Part shown: positions 40,704 to 54,900 of the stretch, one piece after another | Layout: each line of letters begins with the position of its first letter | Position numbering within the stretch: the first letter of the stretch is position 1 | Assembly (NCBI GenBank): GCA_964057225.1 | Contig: OZ059900.1 | Span: forward strand, 14,942,001 to 15,006,000 | DNA length: 64,000 nt | Direction: 5' to 3' | Source of the DNA: Auanema rhodensis | Taxonomy: Eukaryota > Animalia > Nematoda | Position numbers and translations under genes: made by a program | Notes under the pieces: model-generated | What the model was told of the DNA's origin: nothing | Database searches by the model: none | The model's input: the letters and a program-made list of their open reading frames with translations, nothing else

Positions 40704-43259
40704 TTGAATTTGCACTTAGAAACTTTCATTAAGAGTGTGAGTTTGAATTATAGTAGAAAAATGAAACACTGTCTCTAACATATCTTGATTTATGGCCTAC
40801 TTTACTCAAAGAGCTAATTGAAGTTTGGTGTTAAAATGAACAATTGATTAACGCTGACGTTTCAATTTTTTTCATCGTAATTGAGATAGAACATTTAAAT
40901 TAAATGGAAGTGTTTAAAAATTTAGAAAAAATCACAAGCTCAAATCACTTTTGAAAAAACAGAAAGTTTAAAACAACCTTTTTTCTAATAATTATCTTTT
41001 TAATTCGACTTTTGGAAGAAAACAAAAATAGCATAACATTCAATAACGATGAATCAGAACAAAAACATTCTCCCCGGCCGGGAATTGAACCCGGGTCTCG
41101 CATGTGACAGACGCGGATACTCACCACTATACTACCGAGGATTGAATTTGCACTTAGAAACTTTCATTAAGAGTGTGAGTTTGAATTATAGTAGAAAAAT
41201 GAAACACTGTCTCTAACATATCTTGATTTATGGCCTACTTTACTCAAAGAGCTAATTGAAGTTTGGTGTTAGAATGAACAATTGATTAACGCTGACGTTC
41301 CATTTTTTTTCATCGTAATTGAGATAGAACATTTAAATTAAATGGAAATGTTTAAAAATTTAGAAAAAATCACAAGCTCAAATCACTTTTGAAAAAACAG
41401 AAAGTTTAAAACAACCTTTTTTCTAATAATTATCTTTTTAATTCGACTTTTGGAAGAAAACAAAAATAGCATAACATTCAATAACGATGAATCAGAACAA
41501 AAACATTCTCCCCGGCCGGGAATTGAACCCGGGTCTCGCATGTGACAGACGCGGATACTCACCACTATACTACCGAGGATTGAATTTGCACTTAGAAACT
41601 TTCATTAAGAGTGTGAGTTTGAATTATAGTAGAAAAATGAAACACTGTCTCTAACATATCTTGATTTATGGCCTACTTTACTCAAAGAGCTAATGGAAGT
41701 TTGGTGTTAGAATGAACAATTGATTAACGCTGACGTTTCAATTTTTTTTATCGTAATTGAGATAGAACATTTAAATTAAATGGAAAAGTTTAAAAATTTA
41801 GAAAAAATCACAAGCTCAAATCACTTTTGGAAAAACAGAAAGTTTAAAACAACCTTTTTTCTAATAATTATCTTTTTTATCCGACTTTTGTAAAAAAACA
41901 AAAATAGCATAACATTCAATAACGATGAATCAGAACGAAAACATTCTCCCCGGCCGGGAATTGAACCCGGGTCTCGCATGTGACAGACGCGGATACTCAC
42001 CACTATACTACCGAGGATTGAATTTGCACTTAGAAACTTTCATTAAGAGTGTGAGTTTGAATTATAGTAGAAAAATGAAACACTGTCTCTAACATATCTT
42101 GATTTATGGCCTACTTTACTCAAAGAGCTAATTGAAGTTTGGTGTTAGAATGAACAATTGATTAACGCTGACGTTTCAATTTTTTTCATCGTAATTGAGA
42201 TAGAACATTTAAATTAAATGGAAATGTTTAAAAATTTAGAAAAAATCACAAGCTCAAATCACTTTTGAAAAAACAGAAAGTTTAAAACAACCTTTTTTCT
42301 AATAATTATCTTTTTTATCCGACTTTTGTAAAAAAACAAAAATAGCATAACATTCAATAACGATGAATCAGAACAAAAACATTCTCCCCGGCCGGGAATT
42401 GAACCCGGGTCTCGCATGTGACAGACGCGGATACTCACCACTATACTACCGAGGATTGAATTTGCACTTAGAAACTTTCATTCAGAGTGTGAGTTCGAAT
42501 TATAGTAGAAAAATGAAACACTGTCTCTAACATATCTTGATTTATGGCCTACTTTACTCAAAGAGCTAATTGAAGTTTGGTGTTAGAATGAACAATTGAT
42601 TAACGCTGACGTTTCAATTTTTTTCATCGTAATTGAGATAGAACATTTAAATTAAATGGAAATGTTTAAAAATTTAGAAAAAATCACAAGCTCAAATCAC
42701 TTTTGAAAAAACAGAAAGTTTAAAACAACCTTCTTTCTAATAATTATCTTTTTAATTCGACTTTTGGAAGAAAACAAAAATAGCATAACATTCAATAACG
42801 ATGAATCAGAACAAAAACATTCTCCCCGGCCGGGAATTGAACCCGGGTCTCGCATGTGACAGACGCGGATACTCACCACTATACTACCGAGGATTGAATT
42901 TGCACTTAGAAACTTTCATTCAGAGTGTGAGTTCGAATTATAGTAGAAAAATGAAACACTGTCTCTAACATATCTTGATTTATGGCCTACTTTACTCAAA
43001 GAGCTAATTGAAGTTTGGTGTTAAAATGAACAATTGATTAACGCTGACGTTTCAATTTTTTTCATCGTAATTGAGATAGAACATTTAAATTAAATGGAAA
43101 TGTTTAAAAATTTAGAAAAAATCACAAGCTCAAATCACTTTTGAAAAAACAGAAAGTTTAAAACAACCTTCTTTCTAATAATTATCTTTTTAATTCGACT
43201 TTTGGAAGAAAACAAAAATAGCATAACATTCAATAACGATGAATCAGAACAAAAACATT

Positions 43260-43331
43260 CTCCCCGGCCGGGAATTGAACCCGGGTCTTGCATGTGACAG
43301 ACGCGGATACTCACCACTATACTACCGAGGA
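43260..43331 (-). tRNA. tRNA-Asp(GTC) variant G43A (C27:A43 mismatch); also at 46326-46397
   Basis: + strand 'gggtcttgcatg'. Confidence 0.75.
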
Positions 43332-44135
43332 TTGAATTTGCACTTAGAAACTTTCATTAAGAGTGTGAGTTTGAATTATAGTAGAAAAATGAAACACTGT
43401 CTCTAACATATCTTGATTTATGGCCTACTTTACTCAAAGAGCTAATTGAAGTTTGGTGTTAAAATGAACAATTGATTAACGCTGACGTTTCAATTTTTTT
43501 CATCGTAATTGAGATAGAACATTTAAATTAAATGGAAGTGTTTAAAAATTTAGAAAAAATCACAAGCTCAAATCACTTTTGAAAAAACAGAAAGTTTAAA
43601 ACAACCTTTTTTCTAATAATTATCTTTTTAATTCGACTTTTGGAAGAAAACAAAAATAGCATAACATTCAATAACGATGAATCAGAACAAAAACATTCTC
43701 CCCGGCCGGGAATTGAACCCGGGTCTCGCATGTGACAGACGCGGATACTCACCACTATACTACCGAGGATTGAATTTGCACTTAGAAACTTTCATTCAGA
43801 GTGTGAGTTTGAATTATAGTAGAAAAATGAAACACTGTCTCTAACATATCTTGATTTATGGCCTACTTTACTCAAAGAGCTAATTGAAGTTTGGTGTTAG
43901 AATGAACAATTGATTAACGCTGACGTTTCAATTTTTTTCATCGTAATTGAGATAGAACATTTAAATTAAATGGAAATGTTTAAAAATTTAGAAAAAATCA
44001 CAAGCTCAAATCACTTTTGAAAAAACAGAAAGTTTAAAACAACCTTTTTTCTAATAATTATCTTTTTTATCCGACTTTTGTAAAAAAACAAAAATAGCAT
44101 AACATTCAATAACGATGAATCAGAACGAAAACATT

Positions 44136-44207
44136 CTCCCCGGCCGGGAATTGAACCTGGGTCTCGCATGTGACAGACGCGGATACTCACCACTATACTA
44201 CCGAGGA
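44136..44207 (-). tRNA. tRNA-Asp(GTC) variant G51A (T-stem mismatch); also at 47202-47273
   Basis: + strand 'gaacctggg'. Confidence 0.7.
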
Positions 44208-45011
44208 TTGAATTTGCACTTAGAAACTTTCATTAAGAGTGTGAGTTTGAATTATAGTAGAAAAATGAAACACTGTCTCTAACATATCTTGATTTATGGC
44301 CTACTTTACTCAAAGAGCTAATTGAAGTTTGGTGTTAGAATGAACAATTGATTAACGCTGACGTTTCAATTTTTTTCATCGTAATTGAGATAGAACATTT
44401 AAATTAAATGGAAATGTTTAAAAATTTAGAAAAAATCACAAGCTCAAATCACTTTTGAAAAAACAGAAAGTTTAAAACAACCTTTTTTCTAATAATTATC
44501 TTTTTTATCCGACTTTTGTAAAAAAACAAAAATAGCATAACATTCAATAACGATGAATCAGAACAAAAACATTCTCCCCGGCCGGGAATTGAACCCGGGT
44601 CTCGCATGTGACAGACGCGGATACTCACCACTATACTACCGAGGATTGAATTTGCACTTAGAAACTTTCATTCAGAGTGTGAGTTCGAATTATAGTAGAA
44701 AAATGAAACACTGTCTCTAACATATCTTGATTTATGGCCTACTTTACTCAAAGAGCTAATTGAAGTTTGGTGTTAAAATGAACAATTGATTAACGCTGAC
44801 GTTTCAATTTTTTTCATCGTAATTGAGATAGAACATTTAAATTAAATGGAAATGTTTAAAAATTTAGAAAAAATCACAAGCTCAAATCACTTTTGAAAAA
44901 ACAGAAAGTTTAAAACAACCTTCTTTCTAATAATTATCTTTTTAATTCGACTTTTGGAAGAAAACAAAAATAGCATAACATTCAATAACGATGAATCAGA
45001 ACAAAAACATT

Positions 45012-45083
45012 CTCCCCGGCCGGGAATTGAACCCGGGTCTCGCATGTGACAGACGCGGAAACTCACCACTATACTACCGAGGA
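45012..45083 (-). tRNA. tRNA-Asp(GTC) variant A24U (D-stem mismatch); also at 47640-47711
   Basis: + strand 'gcggaaactc'. Confidence 0.7.
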
Positions 45084-45887
45084 TTGAATTTGCACTTAGA
45101 AACTTTCATTCAGAGTGTGAGTTCGAATTATAGTAGAAAAATGAAACACTGTCTCTAACATATCTTGATTTATGGCCTACTTTACTCAAAGAGCTAATTG
45201 AAGTTTGGTGTTAAAATGAACAATTGATTAACGCTGACGTTTCAATTTTTTTCATCGTAATTGAGATAGAACATTTAAATTAAATGGAAATGTTTAAAAA
45301 TTTAGAAAAAATCACAAGCTCAAATCACTTTTGAAAAAACAGAAAGTTTAAAACAACCTTTTTTCTAATAATTATCTTTTTTATCCGACTTTTGTAAAAA
45401 AACAAAAATAGCATAACATTCAATAACGATGAATCAGAACAAAAACATTCTCCCCGGCCGGGAATTGAACCCGGGTCTCGCATGTGACAGACGCGGATAC
45501 TCACCACTATACTACCGAGGATTGAATTTGCACTTAGAAACTTTCATTAAGAGTGTGAGTTTGAATTATAGTAGAAAAATGAAACACTGTCTCTAACATA
45601 TCTTGATTTATGGCCTACTTTACTCAAAGAGCTAATTGAAGTTTGGTGTTAAAATGAACAATTGATTAACGCTGACGTTTCAATTTTTTTCATCGTAATT
45701 GAGATAGAACATTTAAATTAAATGGAAGTGTTTAAAAATTTAGAAAAAATCACAAGCTCAAATCACTTTTGAAAAAACAGAAAGTTTAAAACAACCTTTT
45801 TTCTAATAATTATCTTTTTAATTCGACTTTTGGAAGAAAACAAAAATAGCATAACATTCAATAACGATGAATCAGAACAAAAACATT

Positions 45888-45959
45888 CTCCCCGGCCGGG
45901 AATTGAACCCGGGTCTCGCATGTGACAGACGCGGATATTCACCACTATACTACCGAGGA
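45888..45959 (-). tRNA. tRNA-Asp(GTC) variant G22A
   Basis: + strand 'ggatattcacc'. Confidence 0.8.
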
Positions 45960-48900
45960 TTGAATTTGCACTTAGAAACTTTCATTCAGAGTGTGAGTTC
46001 GAATTATAGTAGAAAAATGAAACACTGTCTCTAACATATCTTGATTTATGGCCTACTTTACTCAAAGAGCTAATTGAAGTTTGGTGTTAAAATGAACAAT
46101 TGATTAACGCTGACGTTTCAATTTTTTTCATCGTAATTGAGATAGAACATTTAAATTAAATGGAAATGTTTAAAAATTTAGAAAAAATCACAAGCTCAAA
46201 TCACTTTTGAAAAAACAGAAAGTTTAAAACAACCTTTTTTCTAATAATTATCTTTTTTATCCGACTTTTGTAAAAAAACAAAAATAGCATAACATTCAAT
46301 AACGATGAATCAGAACAAAAACATTCTCCCCGGCCGGGAATTGAACCCGGGTCTTGCATGTGACAGACGCGGATACTCACCACTATACTACCGAGGATTG
46401 AATTTGCACTTAGAAACTTTCATTAAGAGTGTGAGTTTGAATTATAGTAGAAAAATGAAACACTGTCTCTAACATATCTTGATTTATGGCCTACTTTACT
46501 CAAAGAGCTAATTGAAGTTTGGTGTTAAAATGAACAATTGATTAACGCTGACGTTTCAATTTTTTTCATCGTAATTGAGATAGAACATTTAAATTAAATG
46601 GAAGTGTTTAAAAATTTAGAAAAAATCACAAGCTCAAATCACTTTTGAAAAAACAGAAAGTTTAAAACAACCTTTTTTCTAATAATTATCTTTTTAATTC
46701 GACTTTTGGAAGAAAACAAAAATAGCATAACATTCAATAACGATGAATCAGAACAAAAACATTCTCCCCGGCCGGGAATTGAACCCGGGTCTCGCATGTG
46801 ACAGACGCGGATACTCACCACTATACTACCGAGGATTGAATTTGCACTTAGAAACTTTCATTCAGAGTGTGAGTTTGAATTATAGTAGAAAAATGAAACA
46901 CTGTCTCTAACATATCTTGATTTATGGCCTACTTTACTCAAAGAGCTAATTGAAGTTTGGTGTTAGAATGAACAATTGATTAACGCTGACGTTTCAATTT
47001 TTTTCATCGTAATTGAGATAGAACATTTAAATTAAATGGAAATGTTTAAAAATTTAGAAAAAATCACAAGCTCAAATCACTTTTGAAAAAACAGAAAGTT
47101 TAAAACAACCTTTTTTCTAATAATTATCTTTTTTATCCGACTTTTGTAAAAAAACAAAAATAGCATAACATTCAATAACGATGAATCAGAACGAAAACAT
47201 TCTCCCCGGCCGGGAATTGAACCTGGGTCTCGCATGTGACAGACGCGGATACTCACCACTATACTACCGAGGATTGAATTTGCACTTAGAAACTTTCATT
47301 CAGAGTGTGAGTTCGAATTATAGTAGAAAAATGAAACACTGTCTCTAACATATCTTGATTTATGGCCTACTTTACTCAAAGAGCTAATTGAAGTTTGGTG
47401 TTAAAATGAACAATTGATTAACGCTGACGTTTCAATTTTTTTCATCGTAATTGAGATAGAACATTTAAATTAAATGGAAATGTTTAAAAATTTAGAAAAA
47501 ATCACAAGCTCAAATCACTTTTGAAAAAACAGAAAGTTTAAAACAACCTTCTTTCTAATAATTATCTTTTTAATTCGACTTTTGGAAGAAAACAAAAATA
47601 GCATAACATTCAATAACGATGAATCAGAACAAAAACATTCTCCCCGGCCGGGAATTGAACCCGGGTCTCGCATGTGACAGACGCGGAAACTCACCACTAT
47701 ACTACCGAGGATTGAATTTGCACTTAGAAACTTTCATTCAGAGTGTGAGTTCGAATTATAGTAGAAAAATGAAACACTGTCTCTAACATATCTTGATTTA
47801 TGGCCTACTTTACTCAAAGAGCTAATTGAAGTTTGGTGTTAAAATGAACAATTGATTAACGCTGACGTTTCAATTTTTTTCATCGTAATTGAGATAGAAC
47901 ATTTAAATTAAATGGAAATGTTTAAAAATTTAGAAAAAATCACAAGCTCAAATCACTTTTGAAAAAACAGAAAGTTTAAAACAACCTTTTTTCTAATAAT
48001 TATCTTTTTTATCCGACTTTTGTAAAAAAACAAAAATAGCATAACATTCAATAACGATGAATCAGAACAAAAACATTCTCCCCGGCCGGGAATTGAACCC
48101 GGGTCTCGCATGTGACAGACGCGGATACTCACCACTATACTACCGAGGATTGAATTTGCACTTAGAAACTTTCATTAAGAGTGTGAGTTTGAATTATAGT
48201 AGAAAAATGAAACACTGTCTCTAACATATCTTGATTTATGGCCTACTTTACTCAAAGAGCTAATTGAAGTTTGGTGTTAAAATGAACAATTGATTAACGC
48301 TGACGTTTCAATTTTTTTCATCGTAATTGAGATAGAACATTTAAATTAAATGGAAGTGTTTAAAAATTTAGAAAAAATCACAAGCTCAAATCACTTTTGA
48401 AAAAACAGAAAGTTTAAAACAACCTTTTTTCTAATAATTATCTTTTTAATTCGACTTTTGGAAGAAAACAAAAATAGCATAACATTCAATAACGATGAAT
48501 CAGAACAAAAACATTCTCCCCGGCCGGGAATTGAACCCGGGTCTCGCATGTGACAGACGCGGATACTCACCACTATACTACCGAGGATTGAATTTGCACT
48601 TAGAAACTTTCATTCAGAGTGTGAGTTCGAATTATAGTAGAAAAATGAAACACTGTCTCTAACATATCTTGATTTATGGCCTACTTTACTCAAAGAGCTA
48701 ATTGAAGTTTGGTGTTAAAATGAACAATTGATTAACGCTGACGTTTCAATTTTTTTCATCGTAATTGAGATAGAACATTTAAATTAAATGGAAATGTTTA
48801 AAAATTTAGAAAAAATCACAAGCTCAAATCACTTTTGAAAAAACAGAATGTTTAAAACAACCTTTTTTCTAATAATTATCTTTTTTATCCGACTTTTGTA

Positions 48901-51900
48901 AAAAAACAAAAATAGCATAACATTCAATAACGATGAATCAGAACAAAAACATTCTCCCCGGCCGGGAATTGAACCCGGGTCTCGCATGTGACAGACGCGG
49001 ATACTCACCACTATACTACCGAGGATTGAATTTGCACTTAGAAACTTTCATTAAGAGTGTGAGTTTGAATTATAGTAGAAAAATGAAACACTGTCTCTAA
49101 CATATCTTGATTTATGGCCTACTTTACTCAAAGAGCTAATTGAAGTTTGGTGTTAAAATGAACAATTGATTAACGCTGACGTTTCAATTTTTTTCATCGT
49201 AATTGAGATAGAACATTTAAATTAAATGGAAGTGTTTGAAAATTTAGAAAAAATCACAAGCTCAAATCACTTTTGAAAAAACAGAAAGTTTAAAACAACC
49301 TTTTTTCTAATAATTATCTTTTTAATTCGACTTTTGGAAGAAAACAAAAATAGCATAACATTCAATAACGATGAATCAGAACAAAAACATTCTCCCCGGC
49401 CGGGAATTGAACCCGGGTCTCGCATGTGACAGACGCGGATACTCACCACTATACTACCGAGGATTGAATTTGCACTTAGAAACTTTCATTAAGAGTGTGA
49501 GTTTGAATTATAGTAGAAAAATGAAACACTGTCTCTAACATATCTTGATTTATGGCCTACTTTACTCAAAGAGCTAATTGAAGTTTGGTGTTAAAATGAA
49601 CAATTGATTAACGCTGACGTTTCAATTTTTTTCATCGTAATTGAGATAGAACATTTAAATTAAATGGAAGTGTTTAAAAATTTAGAAAAAATCACAAGCT
49701 CAAATCACTTTTGAAAAAACAGAAAGTTTAAAACAACCTTTTTTCTAATAATTATCTTTTTAATTCGACTTTTGGAAGAAAACAAAAATAGTATAACATT
49801 CAATAACGATGAATCAGAACAAAAACATTCTCCCCGGCCGGGAATTGAACCCGGGTCTCGCATGTGACAGACGCGGATACTCACCACTATACTACCGAGG
49901 ATTGAATTTGCACTTAGAAACTTTCACTAAGAGTGTGAGTTTGAATTATAGTAGAAAAATGAAACACTGTCTCTAACATATCTTGATTTATGGCCTACTT
50001 TACTCAAAGAGCTAATTGAAGTTTGGTGTTAGAATGAACAATTGATTAACGCTGACGTTTCAATTTTTTTCATCGTAATTGAGATAGAACATTTAAATTA
50101 AATGGAAATGTTTAACGACTTAGAAAAAAAACACAAGCTCAAATCACTTTTGAAAAAACAGAAAGTTTAAAACAACCTTTTTTCTAATAATTATCTTTTT
50201 TATCGGACTTTTGGAAGAAAACAAAAATAGCATAACATTCAATAACGATGAATCAGAACAAAAACATTCTCCCCGGCCGGGAATTGAACCCGGGTCTCGC
50301 ATGTGACAGACGCGGATACTCACCACTATACTACCGAGGATTGAATTTGCACTTAGAAACTTTCATTAAGAGTGTGAGTTTGAATTATAGTAGAAAAATG
50401 AAACACTGTCTCTAACATATCTTGATTTATGGCCTACTTTACTCAAAGAGCTAATGGAAGTTTGGTGTTAGAATGAACAATTGATTAACGCTGACGTTTC
50501 AATTTTTTTCATCGTACTTGAGATAGAACATTTAAATTAAATGGAAATGTTTAAAAATTTAGAAAAAATCACAAGCTCAAATCACTTTTGAAAAAACAGA
50601 AAGTTTAAAACAACTTTTTTTCTAATAATTATCTTTTTTATCCAACTTTTGTAAAAAAACAAAAATAGCATAACATTCAATAACGATGAATCAGAACAAA
50701 AACATTCTCCCCGGCCGGGAATTGAACCCGGGTCTCGCATGTGACAGACGCGGATACTCACCACTATACTACCGAGGATTGAATTTGCACTTAGAAACTT
50801 TCATTAAGAGTGTGAGTTTGAATTATAGTAGAAAAATGAAACACTGTCTCTAACATATCTTGATTTATGGCCTACTTTACTCAAAGAGCTAATTGAAGTT
50901 TGGTGTTAGAATGAACAATTGATTAACGCTGACGTTTCAATTTTTTTCATCGTAATTGAGATAGAACATTTAAATTAAATGGAAATGTTTAAAAATTTAG
51001 AAAAAATCACAAGCTCAAATCACTTTTGAAAAAACAGAAAGTTTAAAACAACCTTTTTTCTAATAATTATCTTTTTTATCCGACTTTTGTAAAAAAACAA
51101 AAATAGCATAACATTCAATAACGATGAATCAGAACAAAAACATTCTCCCCGGCCGGGAATTGAACCCGGGTCTCGCATGTGACAGACGCGGATACTCACC
51201 ACTATACTACCGAGGATTGAATTTGCACTTAGAAACTTTCATTAAGAGTGTGAGTTTGAATTATAGTAGAAAAATGAAACACTGTCTCTAACATATCTTG
51301 ATTTATGGCCTACTTTACTCAAAGAGCTAATTGAAGTTTGGTGTTAAAATGAACAATTGATTAACGCTGACGTTTCAATTTTTTTCATCGTAATTGAGAT
51401 AGAACATTTAAATTAAATGGAAGTGTTTAAAAATTTAGAAAAAATCACAAGCTCAAATCACTTTTGAAAAAACAGAAAGTTTAAAACAACCTTTTTTCTA
51501 ATAATTATCTTTTTTATCCGACTTTTGGAAGTAAACAAAAATAGCATAACATTCAATAACGATGAATCAGAACAAAAACATTCTCCCCGGCCGGGAATTG
51601 AACCCGGGTCTCGCATGTGACAGACGCGGATACTCACCACTATACTACCGAGGATTGAATTTGCACTTAGAAACTTTCATTAAGAGTGTGAGTTTGAATT
51701 ATAGTAGAAAAATGAAACACTGTCTCTAACATATCTTGATTTATGGCCTACTTTACTCAAAGAGCTAATGGAAGTTTGGTGTTAGAATGAAGAATTGATT
51801 AACGCTGACGTTTCAATTTTTTTCATCGTACTTGAGATAGAACATTTAAATTAAATGGAAATGTTTAAAAATTTAGAAAAAATCACAAGCTCAAATCACT

Positions 51901-54900
51901 TTTGAAAAAACAGAAAGTTTAAAACAACTTTTTTTCTAATAATTATCTTTTTTATCCGACTTTTGTAAAAAAACAAAAATAGCATAACATTCAATAACGA
52001 TGAATCAGAACAAAAACATTCTCCCCGGCCGGGAATTGAACCCGGGTCTCGCATGTGACAGACGCGGATACTCACCACTATACTACCGAGGATTGAATTT
52101 GCACTTAGAAACTTTCATTAAGAGTGTGAGTTTGAATTATAGTAGAAAAATGAAACACTGTCTCTAACATATCTTGATTTATGGCCTACTTTACTCAAAG
52201 AGCTAATGGAAGTTTGGTGTTAGAATGAACAATTGATTAACGCTGACGTTTCAATTTTTTTCATCGTACTTGAGATAGAACATTTAAATTAAATGGAAAT
52301 GTTTAAAAATTTAGAAAAAATCACAAGCTCAAATCACTTTTGAAAAAACAGAAAGTTTAAAACAACTTTTTTTCTAATAATTATCTTTTTTATCCAACTT
52401 TTGTAAAAAAACAAAAATAGCATAACATTCAATAACGATGAATCAGAACAAAAACATTCTCCCCGGCCGGGAATTGAACCCGGGTCTCGCATGTGACAGA
52501 CGCGGATACTCACCACTATACTACCGAGGATTGAATTTGCACTTAGAAACTTTCATTAAGAGTGTGAGTTTGAATTATAGTAGAAAAATGAAACACTGTC
52601 TCTAACATATCTTGATTTATGGCCTACTTTACTCAAAGAGCTAATTGAAGTTTGGTGTTAGAATGAACAATTGATTAACGCTGACGTTTCAATTTTTTTC
52701 ATCGTAATTGAGATAGAACATTTAAATTAAATGGAAATGTTTAAAAATTTAGAAAAAATCACAAGCTCAAATCACTTTTGAAAAAACAGAAAGTTTAAAA
52801 CAACCTTTTTTCTAATAATTATCTTTTTTATCCGACTTTTGTAAAAAAACAAAAATAGCATAACATTCAATAACGATGAATCAGAACAAAAACATTCTCC
52901 CCGGCCGGGAATTGAACCCGGGTCTCGCATGTGACAGACGCGGATACTCACCACTATACTACCGAGGATTGAATTTGCACTTAGAAACTTTCATTAAGAG
53001 TGTGAGTTTGAATTATAGTAGAAAAATGAAACACTGTCTCTAACATATCTTGATTTATGGCCTACTTTACTCAAAGAGCTAATTGAAGTTTGGTGTTAAA
53101 ATGAACAATTGATTAACGCTGACGTTTCAATTTTTTTCATCGTAATTGAGATAGAACATTTAAATTAAATGGAAGTGTTTAAAAATTTAGAAAAAATCAC
53201 AAGCTCAAATCACTTTTGAAAAAACAGAAAGTTTAAAACAACCTTTTTTCTAATAATTATCTTTTTTATCCGACTTTTGGAAGTAAACAAAAATAGCATA
53301 ACATTCAATAACGATGAATCAGAACAAAAACATTCTCCCCGGCCGGGAATTGAACCCGGGTCTCGCATGTGACAGACGCGGATACTCACCACTATACTAC
53401 CGAGGATTGAATTTGCACTTAGAAACTTTCATTAAGAGTGTGAGTTTGAATTATAGTAGAAAAATGAAACACTGTCTCTAACATATCTTGATTTATGGCC
53501 TACTTTACTCAAAGAGCTAATGGAAGTTTGGTGTTAGAATGAAGAATTGATTAACGCTGACGTTTCAATTTTTTTCATCGTACTTGAGATAGAACATTTA
53601 AATTAAATGGAAATGTTTAAAAATTTAGAAAAAATCACAAGCTCAAATCACTTTTGAAAAAACAGAAAGTTTAAAACAACTTTTTTTCTAATAATTATCT
53701 TTTTTATCCGACTTTTGTAAAAAAACAAAAATAGCATAACATTCAATAACGATGAATCAGAACAAAAACATTCTCCCCGGCCGGGAATTGAACCCGGGTC
53801 TCGCATGTGACAGACGCGGATACTCACCACTATACTACCGAGGATTGAATTTGCACTTAGAAACTTTCATTAAGAGTGTGAGTTTGAATTATAGTAGAAA
53901 AATGAAACACTGTCTCTAACATATCTTGATTTATGGCCTACTTTACTCAAAGAGCTAATTGAAGTTTGGTGTTAGAATGAACAATTGATTAACGCTGACG
54001 TTTCAATTTTTTTCATCGTAATTGAGATAGAACATTCAAATTAAATAGAAATGTTTAAAAATTTAGAAAAAATCACAAGCTCAAATCACTTTTGAAAAAA
54101 CAGAAAGTTTAAAACAACCTTTTTTCTAATAATTATCTTTTTTATCCGACTTTTGTAAAAAAACAAAAATAGCATAACATTCAATAACGATGAATCAGAA
54201 CAAAAACATTCTCCCCGGCCGGGAATTGAACCCGGGTCTCGCATGTGACAGACGCGGATACTCACCACTATACTACCGAGGATTGAATTTGCACTTAGAA
54301 ACTTTCACTAAGAGTGTGAGTTTGAATTATAGTAGAAAAATGAAACACTGTCTCTAACATATCTTGATTTATGGCCTACTTTACTCAAAGAGCTAATTGA
54401 AGTTTGGTGTTAAAATGAACAATTGATTAACGCTGACGTTTCAATTTTTTTCATCGTAATTGAGATAGAACATTTAAATTAAATGGAAATGTTTAAAAAT
54501 TTAGAAAAAATCACAAGCTCAAATCACTTTTGAAAAAACAGAAAGTTTAAAACAACCTTTTTTCTAATAATTATCTTTTTAATTCGACTTTTGGAAGAAA
54601 ACAAAAATAGCATAACATTCAATAACGATGAATCAGAACAAAAACATTCTCCCCGGCCGGGAATTGAACCCGGGTCTCGCATGTGACAGACGCGGATACT
54701 CACCACTATACTACCGAGGATTGAATTTGCACTTAGAAACTTTCATTAAGAGTGTGAGTTTGAATTATAGTAGAAAAATGAAACACTGTCTCTAACATAT
54801 CTTGATTTATGGCCTACTTTACTCAAAGAGCTAATTGAAGTTTGGTGTTAAAATGAACAATTGATTAACGCTGACGTTTCAATTTTTTTCATCGTTATTG

